Source of the DNA: Acidobacteriaceae bacterium | Lineage (GTDB): Bacteria > Acidobacteriota > Terriglobia > Terriglobales > Acidobacteriaceae | DNA: 64,000 bases | Direction of reading: 5' to 3' | Assembly: GCA_965199635.1 (NCBI GenBank) | Contig: CBDASL010000001.1 | Coordinates: 1,275,422 to 1,339,421 of the forward strand | Shown here: positions 37,000-47,590 of the stretch, piece by piece | Layout of the letters: each line of letters starts with the position of its first letter | Numbering within the stretch: position 1 is the stretch's first letter | Program-made: the position numbers and the translations under genes | Notes under the pieces: generated by a model | The model's input: only the letters and a program-made list of their open reading frames with translations | Database searches by the model: none | What the model was told of the DNA's origin: nothing

Positions 37000-37095
37000 C
37001 GACTCCGCAGCGCGTCGGCAGGCGACCGCGACTGTCCATGATCGTATGGTGGGCGGCAGAGGGCGTCAACGAAGGCGAGCCCTGGAGGGAACCGT

Positions 37096-38499
37096 ATGAT
37101 GCGAAAGATGGTTACCGCCCGCCTCCGTTCCTCGCTGCCCGTGGTGCTGCTTCTGCTGCTGGGGGCGATGCTGCGCGTGTGGTACATCCGGCATGCGAAC
37201 CCGGTGGAGGGGGACCCGTTGCTGTATGGAAATATTGCGCGCAACCTGCTGGTGCACGGGGCTTACAGCTTTTCGCCGGTGACGGCGGTTCGGCCACTGC
37301 CGACCCTGATTCGGCTGCCGGGGTATCCGCTATTTCTGGCGGTGGTGTTTCGGGTGTTCGGGATCTTTAACTTTGGGGCTGTGCGCTGGGTACAGCTGGT
37401 TCTGGATCTGCTGGGGTGCCTGGTGCTTGCGAGTTTGGCGCAGACTCTGTTTGGCCGGAGAGCGGGGCTGGTTGCGCTGGCGATGGCGACGCTGTGTCCG
37501 TTTGTGGCCAACTACGTGGCGGCGCCGCTGACGGAGACCCTGACGCTGTTGACGATCGGTGTGAGCTTCTGGGCACTAGAGCGCTGGCGGCGAGAGTCCT
37601 TAGCGTGGAACAGGTATCTGGCGTGGGTGGCGGGGGCGCTGTCGCTTTCGGTGCTGCTGCGGCCGGAGCAGGGGCTGCTGTGCGTGGTGGTGGTGGTGAC
37701 GATGGTAGCGATGCGGTGGAAGGCGAAGGGGTCGGCGCTGCAGCGACTGGCGCCGGTGCTGGTCGTGTGCGTGGTCATTGCGCTGCCGCTGCTGCCATGG
37801 GCGTGGCGGAACTGGAAGACGTTCCATGTGGTGCAACCGCTGGCGCCGCACTATGCGACGGACCCTGGGGAGCCCGTGCCGCTGGGCTTTCAGCGATGGT
37901 TTCGGAGCTGGGCGATCGATTTCGCGTCGACCGAAGAGGTGTATTGGAACTACGACGGGTCGCCGATTGCGCTGGGCGATCTGCCGGCGCGGGCGTTCGA
38001 CAGCGAGGAGCAGCGGCGAGTGACGGCGAAGCTGCTGGCGGACTACAACGAGACGGTGACGCCGACGGACGAGTTCAACGACCGGTTTGAGGCGCTGGCG
38101 CGTGAACGGAAGATGGGCCATGAATTCCGGTACACCGTGTGGCTGCCGCTAGCGAGGCTGGGAAACATGCTGCTGCGACCGCGTACGGAGCTGATGAATA
38201 CGCAGCTGGCGTGGTGGGACTGGCGGGAAAATCTCCTGCAGGCTGTGTTTGCGCTGGGGTACGCGCTGCTGAATGCCGCGTACCTGATGGCGGGGGTGCT
38301 GGGTGGGGTGTGGTGGTGGCGGAGGGGCGAGCGGGCAACGCGGCCGCTGTTGTTGGCGTTTGCCGCGTTTGTGGTGCTGCGGTGCGCGCTGCTGCTGACG
38401 CTTGACAACTCCGAACCGCGCTACACGCTGGAGTTCTTTCCGCTGCTGATTGTGGCGGCCACGGCGAGACTGGGACCGCAGAGACCGCGAAGCGACTAG
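37096..38499 (+). CDS. GT-C fold glycosyltransferase (family 39/83, ArnT/PMT-like)
   Basis: About 11 TM segments. N-terminal GDPLLYGNIARNLL...LRPEQG region typical of PMT_2 / dolichyl-phosphate-mannose transferase-like enzymes. Confidence 0.7.
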   Translation: MMRKMVTARLRSSLPVVLLLLLGAMLRVWYIRHANPVEGDPLLYGNIARNLLVHGAYSFSPVTAVRPLPTLIRLPGYPLFLAVVFRVFGIFNFGAVRWVQLVLDLLGCLVLASLAQTLFGRRAGLVALAMATLCPFVANYVAAPLTETLTLLTIGVSFWALERWRRESLAWNRYLAWVAGALSLSVLLRPEQGLLCVVVVVTMVAMRWKAKGSALQRLAPVLVVCVVIALPLLPWAWRNWKTFHVVQPLAPHYATDPGEPVPLGFQRWFRSWAIDFASTEEVYWNYDGSPIALGDLPARAFDSEEQRRVTAKLLADYNETVTPTDEFNDRFEALARERKMGHEFRYTVWLPLARLGNMLLRPRTELMNTQLAWWDWRENLLQAVFALGYALLNAAYLMAGVLGGVWWWRRGERATRPLLLAFAAFVVLRCALLLTLDNSEPRYTLEFFPLLIVAATARLGPQRPRSD

Positions 38500-39212
38500 C
38501 TGGCCGTGGTTTTGCCGTCGGTTTTGATACTGAAGCGCTTCTGATTGACCGGCTGGTTCAGGCGGATGTGAGTGTAGGTGGCGGTCTGGATATCTTCTGA
38601 CGGCGTGAAGAACTGCTGTTTGAGCGAGACGGCGCGGGTGGGATCGACCCAGATGGTGACGTGGGTGAAGGTGTTGCGCAGGCCGGCATCCTTGGCGACA
38701 AGATCCAGCTTTTCGACGGCGACGGTGGCTGTGCCATCGGTCATCTGCTCCGAGCCGCCGTCGGTGATGGTCCAGGTGCGCTCGAGGTCTTTGCCGCTGC
38801 CACCGAAGCCGAGGGTGAGAAAGGTCTCGTACTGGGCCTGGTTGGCGTGGGCGTCGACGGTGGTGAGGTGATTGGCGCCGGGGTCGAAGAGGCGGAGACG
38901 ACCGTCCTTGAACTCGATGGTGCGGGCGTCAGGCGGGTTGATGATGGCGCCCATCTGCGCACCGCTTGCCGCTTTGAGGAAGTAGATGCTGCCGGTCTGG
39001 GTGGTTGTTTCTTTGACGACGCGCTGAAAGAGGTCCTTGTGGAAGTCAGCCTCGGCGGAGTGAAAGCGGGCGCTAGCGGCGTCGAGCTGACGAAGGACGT
39101 CATTGAGGTGGGGGTCGGTCTGCGGAGCCTGAGCGAGGAGGAGTGTGGAGGTGCCGAGGAGGAGGAGGGAGGAGGCAGTAAGGAGGGCGGTGAGACGGTT
39201 ACGACGGGGCAT
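38496..39212 (-). CDS. LolA-like outer-membrane lipoprotein carrier/sorting family protein
   Basis: Signal peptide. LRQLDAASARFHSAEADFHKDLFQRVVKETTTQTGSIYFLK...FKDGRLRLFDPGAN is typical of the LolA/DUF1571-type fold. Its stop shares CTAG with the convergent GT39 stop. Confidence 0.55.
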   Translation of the reverse strand: MPRRNRLTALLTASSLLLLGTSTLLLAQAPQTDPHLNDVLRQLDAASARFHSAEADFHKDLFQRVVKETTTQTGSIYFLKAASGAQMGAIINPPDARTIEFKDGRLRLFDPGANHLTTVDAHANQAQYETFLTLGFGGSGKDLERTWTITDGGSEQMTDGTATVAVEKLDLVAKDAGLRNTFTHVTIWVDPTRAVSLKQQFFTPSEDIQTATYTHIRLNQPVNQKRFSIKTDGKTTAS

Positions 39213-39239
39213 GGTGTGCTCCTGGACGGCAGGGACGGA

Positions 39240-39620
39240 TTAGCGGGTGGCCCAGGCGTTATAGGCGACGAGCTTGCCTGAGGGGTCATGAACGGGCTCG
39301 ACCCGCACCAGGGTGACGTCTCCGGCGATGGGCTCGATGATGCGAAGGATGGCGGCGCGGCGCTGCTGGTCTGTTGTAGCGGAGCGAAGATCTTCGGCGC
39401 GGATTTCGTAGCGCACTTCCTGGCCGTCCGGGGTGGGGGCGGCGCTTTGTACGAGGACCTCGCTGGTTTGGAGGGCGAGGGGCGGTGTGGGGCGCTCGCG
39501 GAAGTTGATGAAGTGGGGGGAGACGAAGAGGAACAGAAGAATGAGCGTGACCATGACGTCGTAGTGGAAGCTGCCGCGCTCGTAGGTCCAGAAGAGGTAG
39601 CTGCGAAAGAGCTTAAGCAC
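39240..39620 (-). CDS. small membrane-anchored hypothetical protein, translationally overlapping serS
   Basis: One TM ([20 protein letters not shown]) plus a roughly 80-aa soluble domain. The start overlaps the serS 3' end by 8 nt. Confidence 0.5.
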   Translation of the reverse strand: MLKLFRSYLFWTYERGSFHYDVMVTLILLFLFVSPHFINFRERPTPPLALQTSEVLVQSAAPTPDGQEVRYEIRAEDLRSATTDQQRRAAILRIIEPIAGDVTLVRVEPVHDPSGKLVAYNAWATR

Positions 39621-40953
39621 CGATGCCTCCCAGTGCAGGTTGCTGACGGATCTCGGTAGCGCCTTTCATATAGGGCACGAGGACCTCGGGTATTCGTATG
39701 GACCCGTCGGCCTGCTGATAGTTCTCAAGGATGGCGAGGTAGGTGCGACCGACGGCAAGGCCGGAGCCGTTGAGGGTGTGAAGGTGCTCGGCCTTTTTGC
39801 CGCCGGCGGGGCGGAAGCGGATGTTGGCGCGACGGGCCTGGAACGCTTCAAAGTTCGAGCAGGAGCTGATTTCGCGGTAAAGGGCCTGGCCGGGGAGCCA
39901 AACTTCGAGATCGTAGGTCTTGGCGGAGGCGAAGCCCATGTCGCCGGTGCAGAGGAGCATGCGGCGATAGGGAAGACCAAGGAGCTCGAGAACGCGTTCG
40001 GCGTGGCGGGTGAGCGCTTCGTGCTCCCGGTCGGAGTCTTCCGGGCGGACGAATTTGACGAGCTCGACCTTTTGGAACTGGTGCTGGCGGATGAGGCCGC
40101 GGACGTCTTTGCCGTAGCTGCCGGCCTCGCTGCGGAAGCAGGGTGTCCAGGCACAGAGCGAGACGGGAAGTGCGGCGCCGTCGAGGGTTTCGTCGCGCAG
40201 GAGGTTGGTGACGGGGACCTCGGCGGTGGGGATGAGCCAGTGGTCGTTGTCGAGGACCTCGCCTGGGAGATAGGGGCCGCGGTCGTCGCAGTGGAAGAGA
40301 TCTTCGGCGAACTTGGGCAGCTGTCCGGTGCCGAGGAGGCTGCGGCTGTTGACCATAAAGGGGGGTAGGACCTCGGTGTAGCCATGCTCTTCGGTGTGGA
40401 GATCGAGCATGAAGGAGGCGAGGGCGCGCTCGAGGCGAGCGCCGGCTCCGATGTGAACGGTGAAGCGGGCGCCGGAGATCTTGGCGGCGCGTTCGAAATC
40501 GAGGATGCGGAGGCGCTCGCCGAGCTCCCAGTGGGGGAGGGCGGCGAAAGGGAAGGTGGTGGGCTCGCCCCAGGTCTTCTCGACGCGGTTGCCGCGCTCG
40601 TCTGTGCCGAGCGGGACCTCGGGGCGGGGGAGGTTGGGTAGCGTCTGCATCAGGCTGCGGAGTTTGCCGTCGAGGTGGTTGGCCTCGTCTTCGATGGCGT
40701 CGAGCTCGCTCTTGAGGGCACGGGTGCGCTCGGTGGGCGCGGTGGCGTCAGCGCCGCTGCGGCGGAGGGTGCTGATCTCGGCAGTGAGGCGGTTGCGCTC
40801 GGCCTTGAGGTTTTCGGCGAGCGTGATCTGCTCGCGCCGAGACCGGTCGAGGGTTTGGAACTCCTCGAGGAAGCCGTCAGGAGACGCGCCGCGCGCGCGG
40901 AGTCGCTCTTCGACGAGCGCAAGGTTGGACCGAACAAAGGCAAGATCGTGCAT
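39613..40953 (-). CDS. serS: seryl-tRNA synthetase
   Basis: N-terminal coiled-coil [22 protein letters not shown]. Class-II motifs [25 protein letters not shown] and GSGLAVGRT. Confidence 0.9.
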   Translation of the reverse strand: MHDLAFVRSNLALVEERLRARGASPDGFLEEFQTLDRSRREQITLAENLKAERNRLTAEISTLRRSGADATAPTERTRALKSELDAIEDEANHLDGKLRSLMQTLPNLPRPEVPLGTDERGNRVEKTWGEPTTFPFAALPHWELGERLRILDFERAAKISGARFTVHIGAGARLERALASFMLDLHTEEHGYTEVLPPFMVNSRSLLGTGQLPKFAEDLFHCDDRGPYLPGEVLDNDHWLIPTAEVPVTNLLRDETLDGAALPVSLCAWTPCFRSEAGSYGKDVRGLIRQHQFQKVELVKFVRPEDSDREHEALTRHAERVLELLGLPYRRMLLCTGDMGFASAKTYDLEVWLPGQALYREISSCSNFEAFQARRANIRFRPAGGKKAEHLHTLNGSGLAVGRTYLAILENYQQADGSIRIPEVLVPYMKGATEIRQQPALGGIGA

Positions 40954-41010
40954 CGATCCTCCATTTTAGCCTCGGTGGTGATTCGGTTTGGTAGAGGTTA
41001 GGCTTGGGGC

Positions 41011-42669
41011 ATGCGAAAGGTCGGATCTGCCCTGCTTTGCGCGGCGCTCCTGGGTGGGACCCAGGTTTCTGCTCGTGCTGACGCCTACCATGCCTCGCCC
41101 AAGCTAGTTGTGGAGCTGGTGATCGACCAGTTTCGGGGGGACCTGTTGCTGCGGTACGCGGACGACTTCAAGTCGCCGAGCGGCTTCAACCTGTTTCTGA
41201 AGCGTGGGGCGGTGTTTACCAACTGCTACTACGAGTACGACAACACGATGACGGCGCCGGGCCACTCGACGATTGGCACGGGGGCGTACAGCAACGGGCA
41301 CGGGATCGCATTGAACGAGTGGTGGGACCTGAAGCGGTCGACGACGCACCCGGTGAGCTCAGTCGACGATGAGCGCTACCAGATTGTGGGGGACCATGCG
41401 CCGGACGATGAGGGGACCTCACCACGGAGCGAGCGGGCGAGCACGCTCGGCGACGAGGTGGTGCTGGCTACGGGCGGGCGGTCGAAGCTGTATGGCATCT
41501 CGCTCAAGGACCGGGCGGCTATCCTGACGTCGGGCCACGCGTCGAACGGGGCGTTCTGGCTGGATCATGCGTCCGGGCACTTTGTGAGCTCGAGCTACTG
41601 GGGCAAGGAGCTGCCGTCGTGGGTGCAGCAGTTCAACCAGAGCGGCCGGACGGAGCAGGCGGAGCGCGAGGCGAAGGTGGGACCGGAGCATTTTTATGAC
41701 CAGGTGGGGCCGACGCCGGCGAGTGTCTCTTACCTAATGGACTTTGCGAAGTCTCTGGTGACGGCGGAGCAGATGGGGCGGCACGAGACGACGGATGTGC
41801 TGACGATCAGCATTTCGTCGACAGATCTGCTGGGGCATCGCGTGGGGCCGGATGCGCCGGAGCAGCGGGCGATGATCGACGCGATTGACGTGGACCTGAA
41901 TGACTTCTTTGGGTGGCTGGACAAGCATGTGGACGGCGGGATGGGGAATGTGTGGGTGTCGCTGACGGGCGACCATGGCGTGGGGCCGGCGCTGGATGCG
42001 GCGCACGCGGCGCGGATGCCGGCGGCGCTTTACAACCTCAAGCAGGTGTATGCGGACGTGAATCGCCAGCTGAACGCAAAGTACTCGCCGGGGAAGTCAG
42101 TGAACTACCTGCTGCAGACGGCGCAGCCTTACCTGATGCTGGATCCCCGGCCGTTTGAAGAGAAGAAGGTTTCTGAGGCCGAGGCAGAGGATGTGGTGGC
42201 GCAGTTGATCTCGGCGGCGTTTGAGCAGGTGGAGCAGGGAGTGGCGCCGGCCCCAGGCGAGAGGGCGCCGGTACGAGGGGCGGTGCGCCACGTGTATACA
42301 CATCTGCAGATTGCCTCCGGCAACGTGCCGAACACGCCGGAAGGGCAGCGGGTGCTGAACAGTTTCTCGCCGGACGAGGCATGGTCGGTGATGATTGAGC
42401 CGAGCATGTATAGCCAGGGGAGCACGTCGGGAACGAACCACTACACGGCGTACGCCTATGACCGGCATGTGCCGCTGGCGTTTTTTGGCCGGCCGTTTGT
42501 GCCGGGGCAGTACCCGCAGGCGAGCGCGCCGGTGGACATTGCGTCGACCTTTGCGGTGCTGTTGGGGGTCAACCTGCCCACGAATGCAGTGGGCCGGGTG
42601 CTGGGCGAGGCGCTGCAGCCGGCGGCGGCGCAGGTTCCCGCCAAAGCGGGACGACGTGGCCATGATTAG
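41011..42669 (+). CDS. alkaline phosphatase superfamily protein (nucleotide pyrophosphatase/phosphodiesterase-like)
   Basis: Signal peptide. VIDQFRGD...TMTAPGHSTIGTG (metal/nucleophile region). SISSTDLLGHRVGP and LTGDHG. Confidence 0.7.
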   Translation: MRKVGSALLCAALLGGTQVSARADAYHASPKLVVELVIDQFRGDLLLRYADDFKSPSGFNLFLKRGAVFTNCYYEYDNTMTAPGHSTIGTGAYSNGHGIALNEWWDLKRSTTHPVSSVDDERYQIVGDHAPDDEGTSPRSERASTLGDEVVLATGGRSKLYGISLKDRAAILTSGHASNGAFWLDHASGHFVSSSYWGKELPSWVQQFNQSGRTEQAEREAKVGPEHFYDQVGPTPASVSYLMDFAKSLVTAEQMGRHETTDVLTISISSTDLLGHRVGPDAPEQRAMIDAIDVDLNDFFGWLDKHVDGGMGNVWVSLTGDHGVGPALDAAHAARMPAALYNLKQVYADVNRQLNAKYSPGKSVNYLLQTAQPYLMLDPRPFEEKKVSEAEAEDVVAQLISAAFEQVEQGVAPAPGERAPVRGAVRHVYTHLQIASGNVPNTPEGQRVLNSFSPDEAWSVMIEPSMYSQGSTSGTNHYTAYAYDRHVPLAFFGRPFVPGQYPQASAPVDIASTFAVLLGVNLPTNAVGRVLGEALQPAAAQVPAKAGRRGHD

Positions 42670-43603
42670 GCGGAGAGCGACGGGCCTGGCGCCGGAGATG
42701 GGGGTCACGCTGGCGGGGGTGCCGCTGCGGTCGCCGGTGATTGGGGCGAGCGGGACGTTCGGCTACGGGGTGGAGTTCGCCGACGTGCTGTCGTTGGACC
42801 GGATTGGGGCGTTTGTAACTAAGGGGTTGTCGCGCGAGCCGATGGCCGGCAATCCTGCGCCGCGGATTGTGGAGACGGCGGCCGGGATGATGAACGCGAT
42901 CGGGCTCCAGAATATGGGCGTGCGGGCCTTTGTGGCGGAGAAGCTGCCGAAGCTGCGAGCGGTGCCAGGGCTGGTGACGATTGTGAACGTGTTTGGGTTC
43001 ACGATTGAGGACTGCATCGAGGTGGTGGAGGTGCTGAACGACGCAGACGGCGTGGCGCTCTATGAACTGAACGCCAGCTGCCCGAATACGAGCCATGGCG
43101 GGATGGTGTTTGGGACCGATCCGAAGCTGCTGGGGGAGTTGGTGGGCCGGGTGAAGGCGGCGAGCCGGCGACCGTTGATGGTCAAGCTGTCACCGAACGT
43201 GACGTCAATCGGGCAGATGGCGCGCGCGGCGGTGGAGGCCGGGGCGGATGCACTGTCGCTGGTGAATACATTTTTGTCGCTGGCGATTGATCCCGAGACG
43301 CGGCGACCCCGCATAGCAAACGTGACGGGTGGGCTGTCGGGGCCGGCGATCAAGCCGATTGCGTTGCGTATGGTGTACGAGGTGTCGAAGGCGGTCGCAG
43401 TGCCATTGGTGGGGCTAGGCGGGATCGTGACGGAGCAGGATGCGGTGGAGTTCCTGCTGGCGGGAGCGACGGCGGTGCAGGTGGGAACGGCGAGCTATGC
43501 CGACCCGCGAGCGATGGAGACGATTACGACGCGGCTGGAGCGGTGGTGCCGGACGCACGGGGTAGCGCGGGTGAGTGACTTGACGGGCGGATTGCAGGTG
43601 TGA
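42662..43603 (+). CDS. pyrD: dihydroorotate dehydrogenase, class 1
   Basis: The Met at 42662 overlaps the upstream stop. GASGTFGYG, NAIGLQNMG, ELNASCPNT (catalytic Cys) and GGLSGPAIKP. The ORF-track start at 42395 lies in an alternate frame of the upstream gene. Confidence 0.85.
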   Translation: MIRRRATGLAPEMGVTLAGVPLRSPVIGASGTFGYGVEFADVLSLDRIGAFVTKGLSREPMAGNPAPRIVETAAGMMNAIGLQNMGVRAFVAEKLPKLRAVPGLVTIVNVFGFTIEDCIEVVEVLNDADGVALYELNASCPNTSHGGMVFGTDPKLLGELVGRVKAASRRPLMVKLSPNVTSIGQMARAAVEAGADALSLVNTFLSLAIDPETRRPRIANVTGGLSGPAIKPIALRMVYEVSKAVAVPLVGLGGIVTEQDAVEFLLAGATAVQVGTASYADPRAMETITTRLERWCRTHGVARVSDLTGGLQV

Positions 43604-43643
43604 GGGCGGCAGGCTGAGCGGCTGCCTGCTTTAAACTTGTCTG

Positions 43644-45269
43644 GTGAACTTTGCTGCTGATCGCTCCTCTTCTGCCGCCCCGGTTGATCGCAAACCCGTG
43701 CGACGTGCTCTGCTTTCTGTGACGGACAAGACCGGATTGGTGGCCTTTGGACAGGGGCTGGCGGCGCTGGGGGTGGAGCTGGTGTCAACCGGCGGGACGG
43801 CTCGGGTGCTGCGTGACGGCGGGCTGGCCGTGCGGGACATCTCGGAGCTGACGGAGTTTCCGGAGATGCTGGACGGCCGGGTGAAGACGCTGCATCCGCG
43901 GGTGCATGGGGGGCTGCTGCACGTCCGGTCGAACGCCGAGCACCAGGCGGTGGCGGCCGAGCATGGGATTGTGCCGATCGACATGGTGGTGGTGAGCCTG
44001 TACGCGTTTGAGGCGACGGCGGCAAAGGCTGGGGTGACCGAGGCCGAGTTGATTGAGAACATCGACATCGGCGGCCCGGCGATGATTCGGTCCGGGGCAA
44101 AGAACTTCGAGGACGTGGCCGTGGTGACGGAGGTGGCACGCTACGACGCGGTGCTGGCGGAGATGCAGGCGCATGATGGGACGCTTTCGCGCGCGACGCG
44201 ATGGGAGCTGGCCAGGGCGGCGTTTGCGACGACGGCGGCCTATGATGCGGCGATTGCCTCCACGCTGGAGATGCTGCCGGGCGTGGCTGCTCAGACAGGG
44301 ATGCCGCCCGTCTTGCGGGTGACGGCGAAGTTGGCGAGCCCGTTGCGCTACGGAGAAAATCCGCACCAGGCGGCGGCCCTTTATGTAGACGGGAGCGGGC
44401 GGGGTGTAGCTGCAGCCAAGCAGCTGCAGGGCAAGGAGCTTTCCTATAATAACCTGGTGGATCTGGATGCGTGTTGGGAGCTGACGCAGGAGTTTGCGGG
44501 TGAGGAGGGAGCGGCGGTTGCGATTGTGAAGCACACGAACCCGTGCGGGGTGGGCACAGGGGCGACGGTTGCGGAGGCGTATCGGCGGGCGCTCGAGTGC
44601 GATCCGGTGTCGGCGTTTGGCAGCGTGATCGGGGTTTCGCGAGAGATCGATGAGGAGGCCGCGGAGGAGATCGCGAAGTTGTTTGTGGAGGCGATTGCGG
44701 CGCCGGGGTTTACGGCCGGGGCGCTGGCGCGGCTTGGGGCGAAGAAGAACCTTCGGCTGCTGGAGGTGAAGAGTTCGGCGAGCAAGCAGGTGCTGAAGCA
44801 GATCTCCGGTGGGCTGCTGTTGCAGGATGCGGACCGGGCGGTAGTGGATGCGGCGGCGCTGAAGGTGGTGACGGCGCGGCCGCCCTCGCCTGAGGAGATG
44901 CAGGCACTGCTGTTTGCGTGGAAGGTAACGCGTCATGTGAAGTCGAATGCGATTGTGTATGCGCGGGCCGTTCCGGGCGGCGATGGAGCGGTCGCGAACC
45001 AGACCGTGGGTATTGGCGCGGGGCAGATGAGCCGTGTGGATGCGGCGCGCTTTGGGGCGTTGAAGGCGGTGCTGCCGCTTGCCGGGTCGGTAGCAGGATC
45101 GGACGCATTCTTCCCGTTCGCGGACGGTTTGGAGGTGGTGGCCGGGGCTGGGACAACGGCGGTGATCCAGCCAGGCGGGTCAGTGCGGGACGCGGAGGTG
45201 ATCGCGGCGGCGGACCGGCTGGGGGTGGCGATGGTGTTTACCGGGATGCGGCACTTTCGCCACGGCTGA
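43644..45269 (+). CDS. purH: bifunctional AICAR transformylase / IMP cyclohydrolase
   Basis: RALLSVTDKTGLVAF, STGGTA, GRVKTLHPRVHGGLL, C-terminal GSDAFFPF and RHFRH. GTG start. Confidence 0.9.
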   Translation: MNFAADRSSSAAPVDRKPVRRALLSVTDKTGLVAFGQGLAALGVELVSTGGTARVLRDGGLAVRDISELTEFPEMLDGRVKTLHPRVHGGLLHVRSNAEHQAVAAEHGIVPIDMVVVSLYAFEATAAKAGVTEAELIENIDIGGPAMIRSGAKNFEDVAVVTEVARYDAVLAEMQAHDGTLSRATRWELARAAFATTAAYDAAIASTLEMLPGVAAQTGMPPVLRVTAKLASPLRYGENPHQAAALYVDGSGRGVAAAKQLQGKELSYNNLVDLDACWELTQEFAGEEGAAVAIVKHTNPCGVGTGATVAEAYRRALECDPVSAFGSVIGVSREIDEEAAEEIAKLFVEAIAAPGFTAGALARLGAKKNLRLLEVKSSASKQVLKQISGGLLLQDADRAVVDAAALKVVTARPPSPEEMQALLFAWKVTRHVKSNAIVYARAVPGGDGAVANQTVGIGAGQMSRVDAARFGALKAVLPLAGSVAGSDAFFPFADGLEVVAGAGTTAVIQPGGSVRDAEVIAAADRLGVAMVFTGMRHFRHG

Positions 45270-45307
45270 GGCGATAAGGGCGTGAAAATCGGCGCACGTC
45301 GGTACCG

Positions 45308-45335
45308 TTGCAAGGGAAGGGCTGCGTTCTATAAT
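45308..45335 (+). promoter_or_regulatory. sigma70-type promoter candidate for the TPR gene
   Basis: TTGCAA (45308-45313), a 16-nt spacer, then TATAAT (45330-45335). A perfect -10 in GC-rich surroundings, about 90 nt upstream of the start codon. Confidence 0.45.
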
Positions 45336-45427
45336 CCCCCAAACAGGGCCGCCTGGAGCGCTGCATCCAGCACCCTAGCGCCATCGTCTAACGGAAGAGC
45401 TTGAGTTGATGAGCTGAAGAAGGGTCC

Positions 45428-47572
45428 TTGATGAGTCTTTTGCAGCGTGCTTGCCGGTGTGCCGTCCTCCCCACTGCCCGTCGACTCGGCTTGCTGGGAT
45501 TTGTTGTGCTGTGTGGCAGTGCCGGAGCGCAGACTCCCGCGACGCCGGGCACCCAGGGAGCGACTGCGGCGAACCGTGCTTCCGCAACGGCGGCGAGCGG
45601 GGCCAAGCCTGACCGGAGCGCGGCCTACTTCCACTACGGGCTGGCTGAGATGTATGAAAGTCAGGCGGCCACGGCCGGCCGCAACGACCTGGCGAACAAG
45701 GCTGTGGACGAGTACAAGCTGGCGCTGGCGGCGGATCCCGACTCACGCACGCTGCAGACCGGGCTCGCGGACCTTTACTTCAAGCTCGGGCGGATACGGG
45801 AGGCAGTTTCCGCGGCGCAGGAGCAGGTAACGCGCAACCCGAACGATCTGGAAGCTCACACACTGCTGGCGAAGATCTATCTGCGATCACTCGGTGACAT
45901 GCAATCGCAGCAGTCGGATGAGATGCTGCGGCTGGCGATCGGCGAGTATGAGCGGTTGATCCAGCTGAAGCCGGCGGACGTGGAGAACCACCTCATTCTT
46001 GGACAGCTGTACGGGGTCAATCACGATTCAGCCAAAGCGGAGGCGCAGTTTCGCGCGGCGCAGGCGATTGATCCGAACTCGGAAGAAGTTGTGCTGAACA
46101 TGGCGCGGCTGTATAGCGAGCAGGGAGACTTTCGGCGCGCGGCGGAGACCCTGGCAGCGGTTCCGCAGGATGAGAAGACGACACGAATCGACTTCGCGCT
46201 GGGCGCAAGCTATGACCAACTGAAGGAGCCGAAGAAGGCGGCGGAGGCCTACAAGGCGGCCCTTGACCTTGATCCTGAGAGCTCTGTGGACACGCAGCGT
46301 GGCCTGGCAAGTGCGTTGCTGCAGGACGGGCAGCTGGATGCGGCGCGCAAGGCGTATGAGCAGATCATCGCGGCGGAGCCACAGGACGCGCAGGCCCGGG
46401 TGAAGCTTTCTGAGATCCAGCGTCGGCAGGGCCACTACCAGGAGGCGCTGAGCACGCTGCAGAAGGCGAAGCCGCTGGTGCAGGACTCGACGGAGCTGAG
46501 CTATAACGAGGCGCTGATTGACGATTCGCTGGGCCGGTATGACGATGCGATCGCCCTGTTGAAGCAGCTGCTGCAGGCCTCAACCCATGCGGATGGGGCG
46601 TACAGCGAGCCGGAGAAGTCAAATCGGTACCTTTTCCTGGACCGGCTGGCGATCATCTCGCGCGAGCAGGGAAAGACCGCGGAGGCGATTGGCTACTACC
46701 AGCAGATGCTGCCGCTTGGTGCGGAGTTTGCGTTGCGGGGTTATCAGTCGCAGGTGGACACCTATCGTGAGGGGCATGACCAGCGTCAGGCGACGGCGGT
46801 GGCGGCTGCGGCGGCGAAGGCGATGCCCAAGGATCGTAGTGTGCAGCTGATGTATGCGGGGCAGCTCGCGGACACGGGGTCAGTCGACGAGGGGTTTGCG
46901 ATCGCGAAGCAGCAGCTGAGTGGGTCAAACGACGACCGCGAGGTGTACCTGGCGATGGCGCAGATGGACATACGCCTGAGGCGCTGGGCAGATGGAACGG
47001 CCGCGCTCGACAAGGCGGACGCGCTGACCACCAAGTCTGACGACAAGATGAACATCTACTTCCTCCGGGGCACGTTGCTGGATCGCGAGAAGCGATACGA
47101 CGAGGCGGAGGAGAACTTCCACCGCGCGTTGGCCCTTGATCCGCAGAACGCCACAGTACTGAACTACATTGGTTACATGCTGGCGGAGCGTGGAGTGCGG
47201 CTCCCTGAGGCGACGGCGATGATCCGGAAGGCAGTGGAGTTGGAGCCACAGAACTATGCCTATCTGGATTCGCTGGGATGGGCCTACTTCAAGTCCGGGC
47301 AGTATGCGCTAGCCGAGCAGTACCTCCACGAGGCCGCATCGCGTTCGTCCGCCGACCCTACCGTGCATGACCACCTGGGCCAGGTGTACGAGAAGACTGG
47401 CCGGCTGAAGCTGGCAGTGGAGCAGTGGGAGCGCGCTGTTACGGAGTACACACGGTCTTTGCCAGCCGATGTGGAGCCGGGGGATGTGGACAAGGTGCAG
47501 CGTGAGTTGCAGAATGCGCGAACGAAGCTAGCCAAGCTGTCGCCCGCAGCTGCACCCCATCCGTCGCGCTAG
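45428..47572 (+). CDS. tetratricopeptide (TPR) repeat protein, secreted
   Basis: Signal peptide LGFVVLCGSAGAQ. More than 12 TPR-like units (A-x3-Y/F-x2-A-L-x-L/I-D-P-x-N). Confidence 0.8.
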   Translation: MMSLLQRACRCAVLPTARRLGLLGFVVLCGSAGAQTPATPGTQGATAANRASATAASGAKPDRSAAYFHYGLAEMYESQAATAGRNDLANKAVDEYKLALAADPDSRTLQTGLADLYFKLGRIREAVSAAQEQVTRNPNDLEAHTLLAKIYLRSLGDMQSQQSDEMLRLAIGEYERLIQLKPADVENHLILGQLYGVNHDSAKAEAQFRAAQAIDPNSEEVVLNMARLYSEQGDFRRAAETLAAVPQDEKTTRIDFALGASYDQLKEPKKAAEAYKAALDLDPESSVDTQRGLASALLQDGQLDAARKAYEQIIAAEPQDAQARVKLSEIQRRQGHYQEALSTLQKAKPLVQDSTELSYNEALIDDSLGRYDDAIALLKQLLQASTHADGAYSEPEKSNRYLFLDRLAIISREQGKTAEAIGYYQQMLPLGAEFALRGYQSQVDTYREGHDQRQATAVAAAAAKAMPKDRSVQLMYAGQLADTGSVDEGFAIAKQQLSGSNDDREVYLAMAQMDIRLRRWADGTAALDKADALTTKSDDKMNIYFLRGTLLDREKRYDEAEENFHRALALDPQNATVLNYIGYMLAERGVRLPEATAMIRKAVELEPQNYAYLDSLGWAYFKSGQYALAEQYLHEAASRSSADPTVHDHLGQVYEKTGRLKLAVEQWERAVTEYTRSLPADVEPGDVDKVQRELQNARTKLAKLSPAAAPHPSR

Positions 47573-47590
47573 AGCCGGTGTTGGTTAGAC

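Noticed and set aside
42395-42661. The N-terminal extension of the pyrD ORF, and analogous extensions: lon to 54781, clpX to 56218, clpC to 62846, ccmH to 13486, RR to 16163, REC-TrxR to 29931, HK to 28328, ABC ATPase to 63982.
   Set aside because: The extensions overlap upstream genes or are Arg/Pro-rich. In each case an internal Met or GTG coincides with the conserved family N-terminus, and often with an SD sequence or an ATGA/TAATG coupling.
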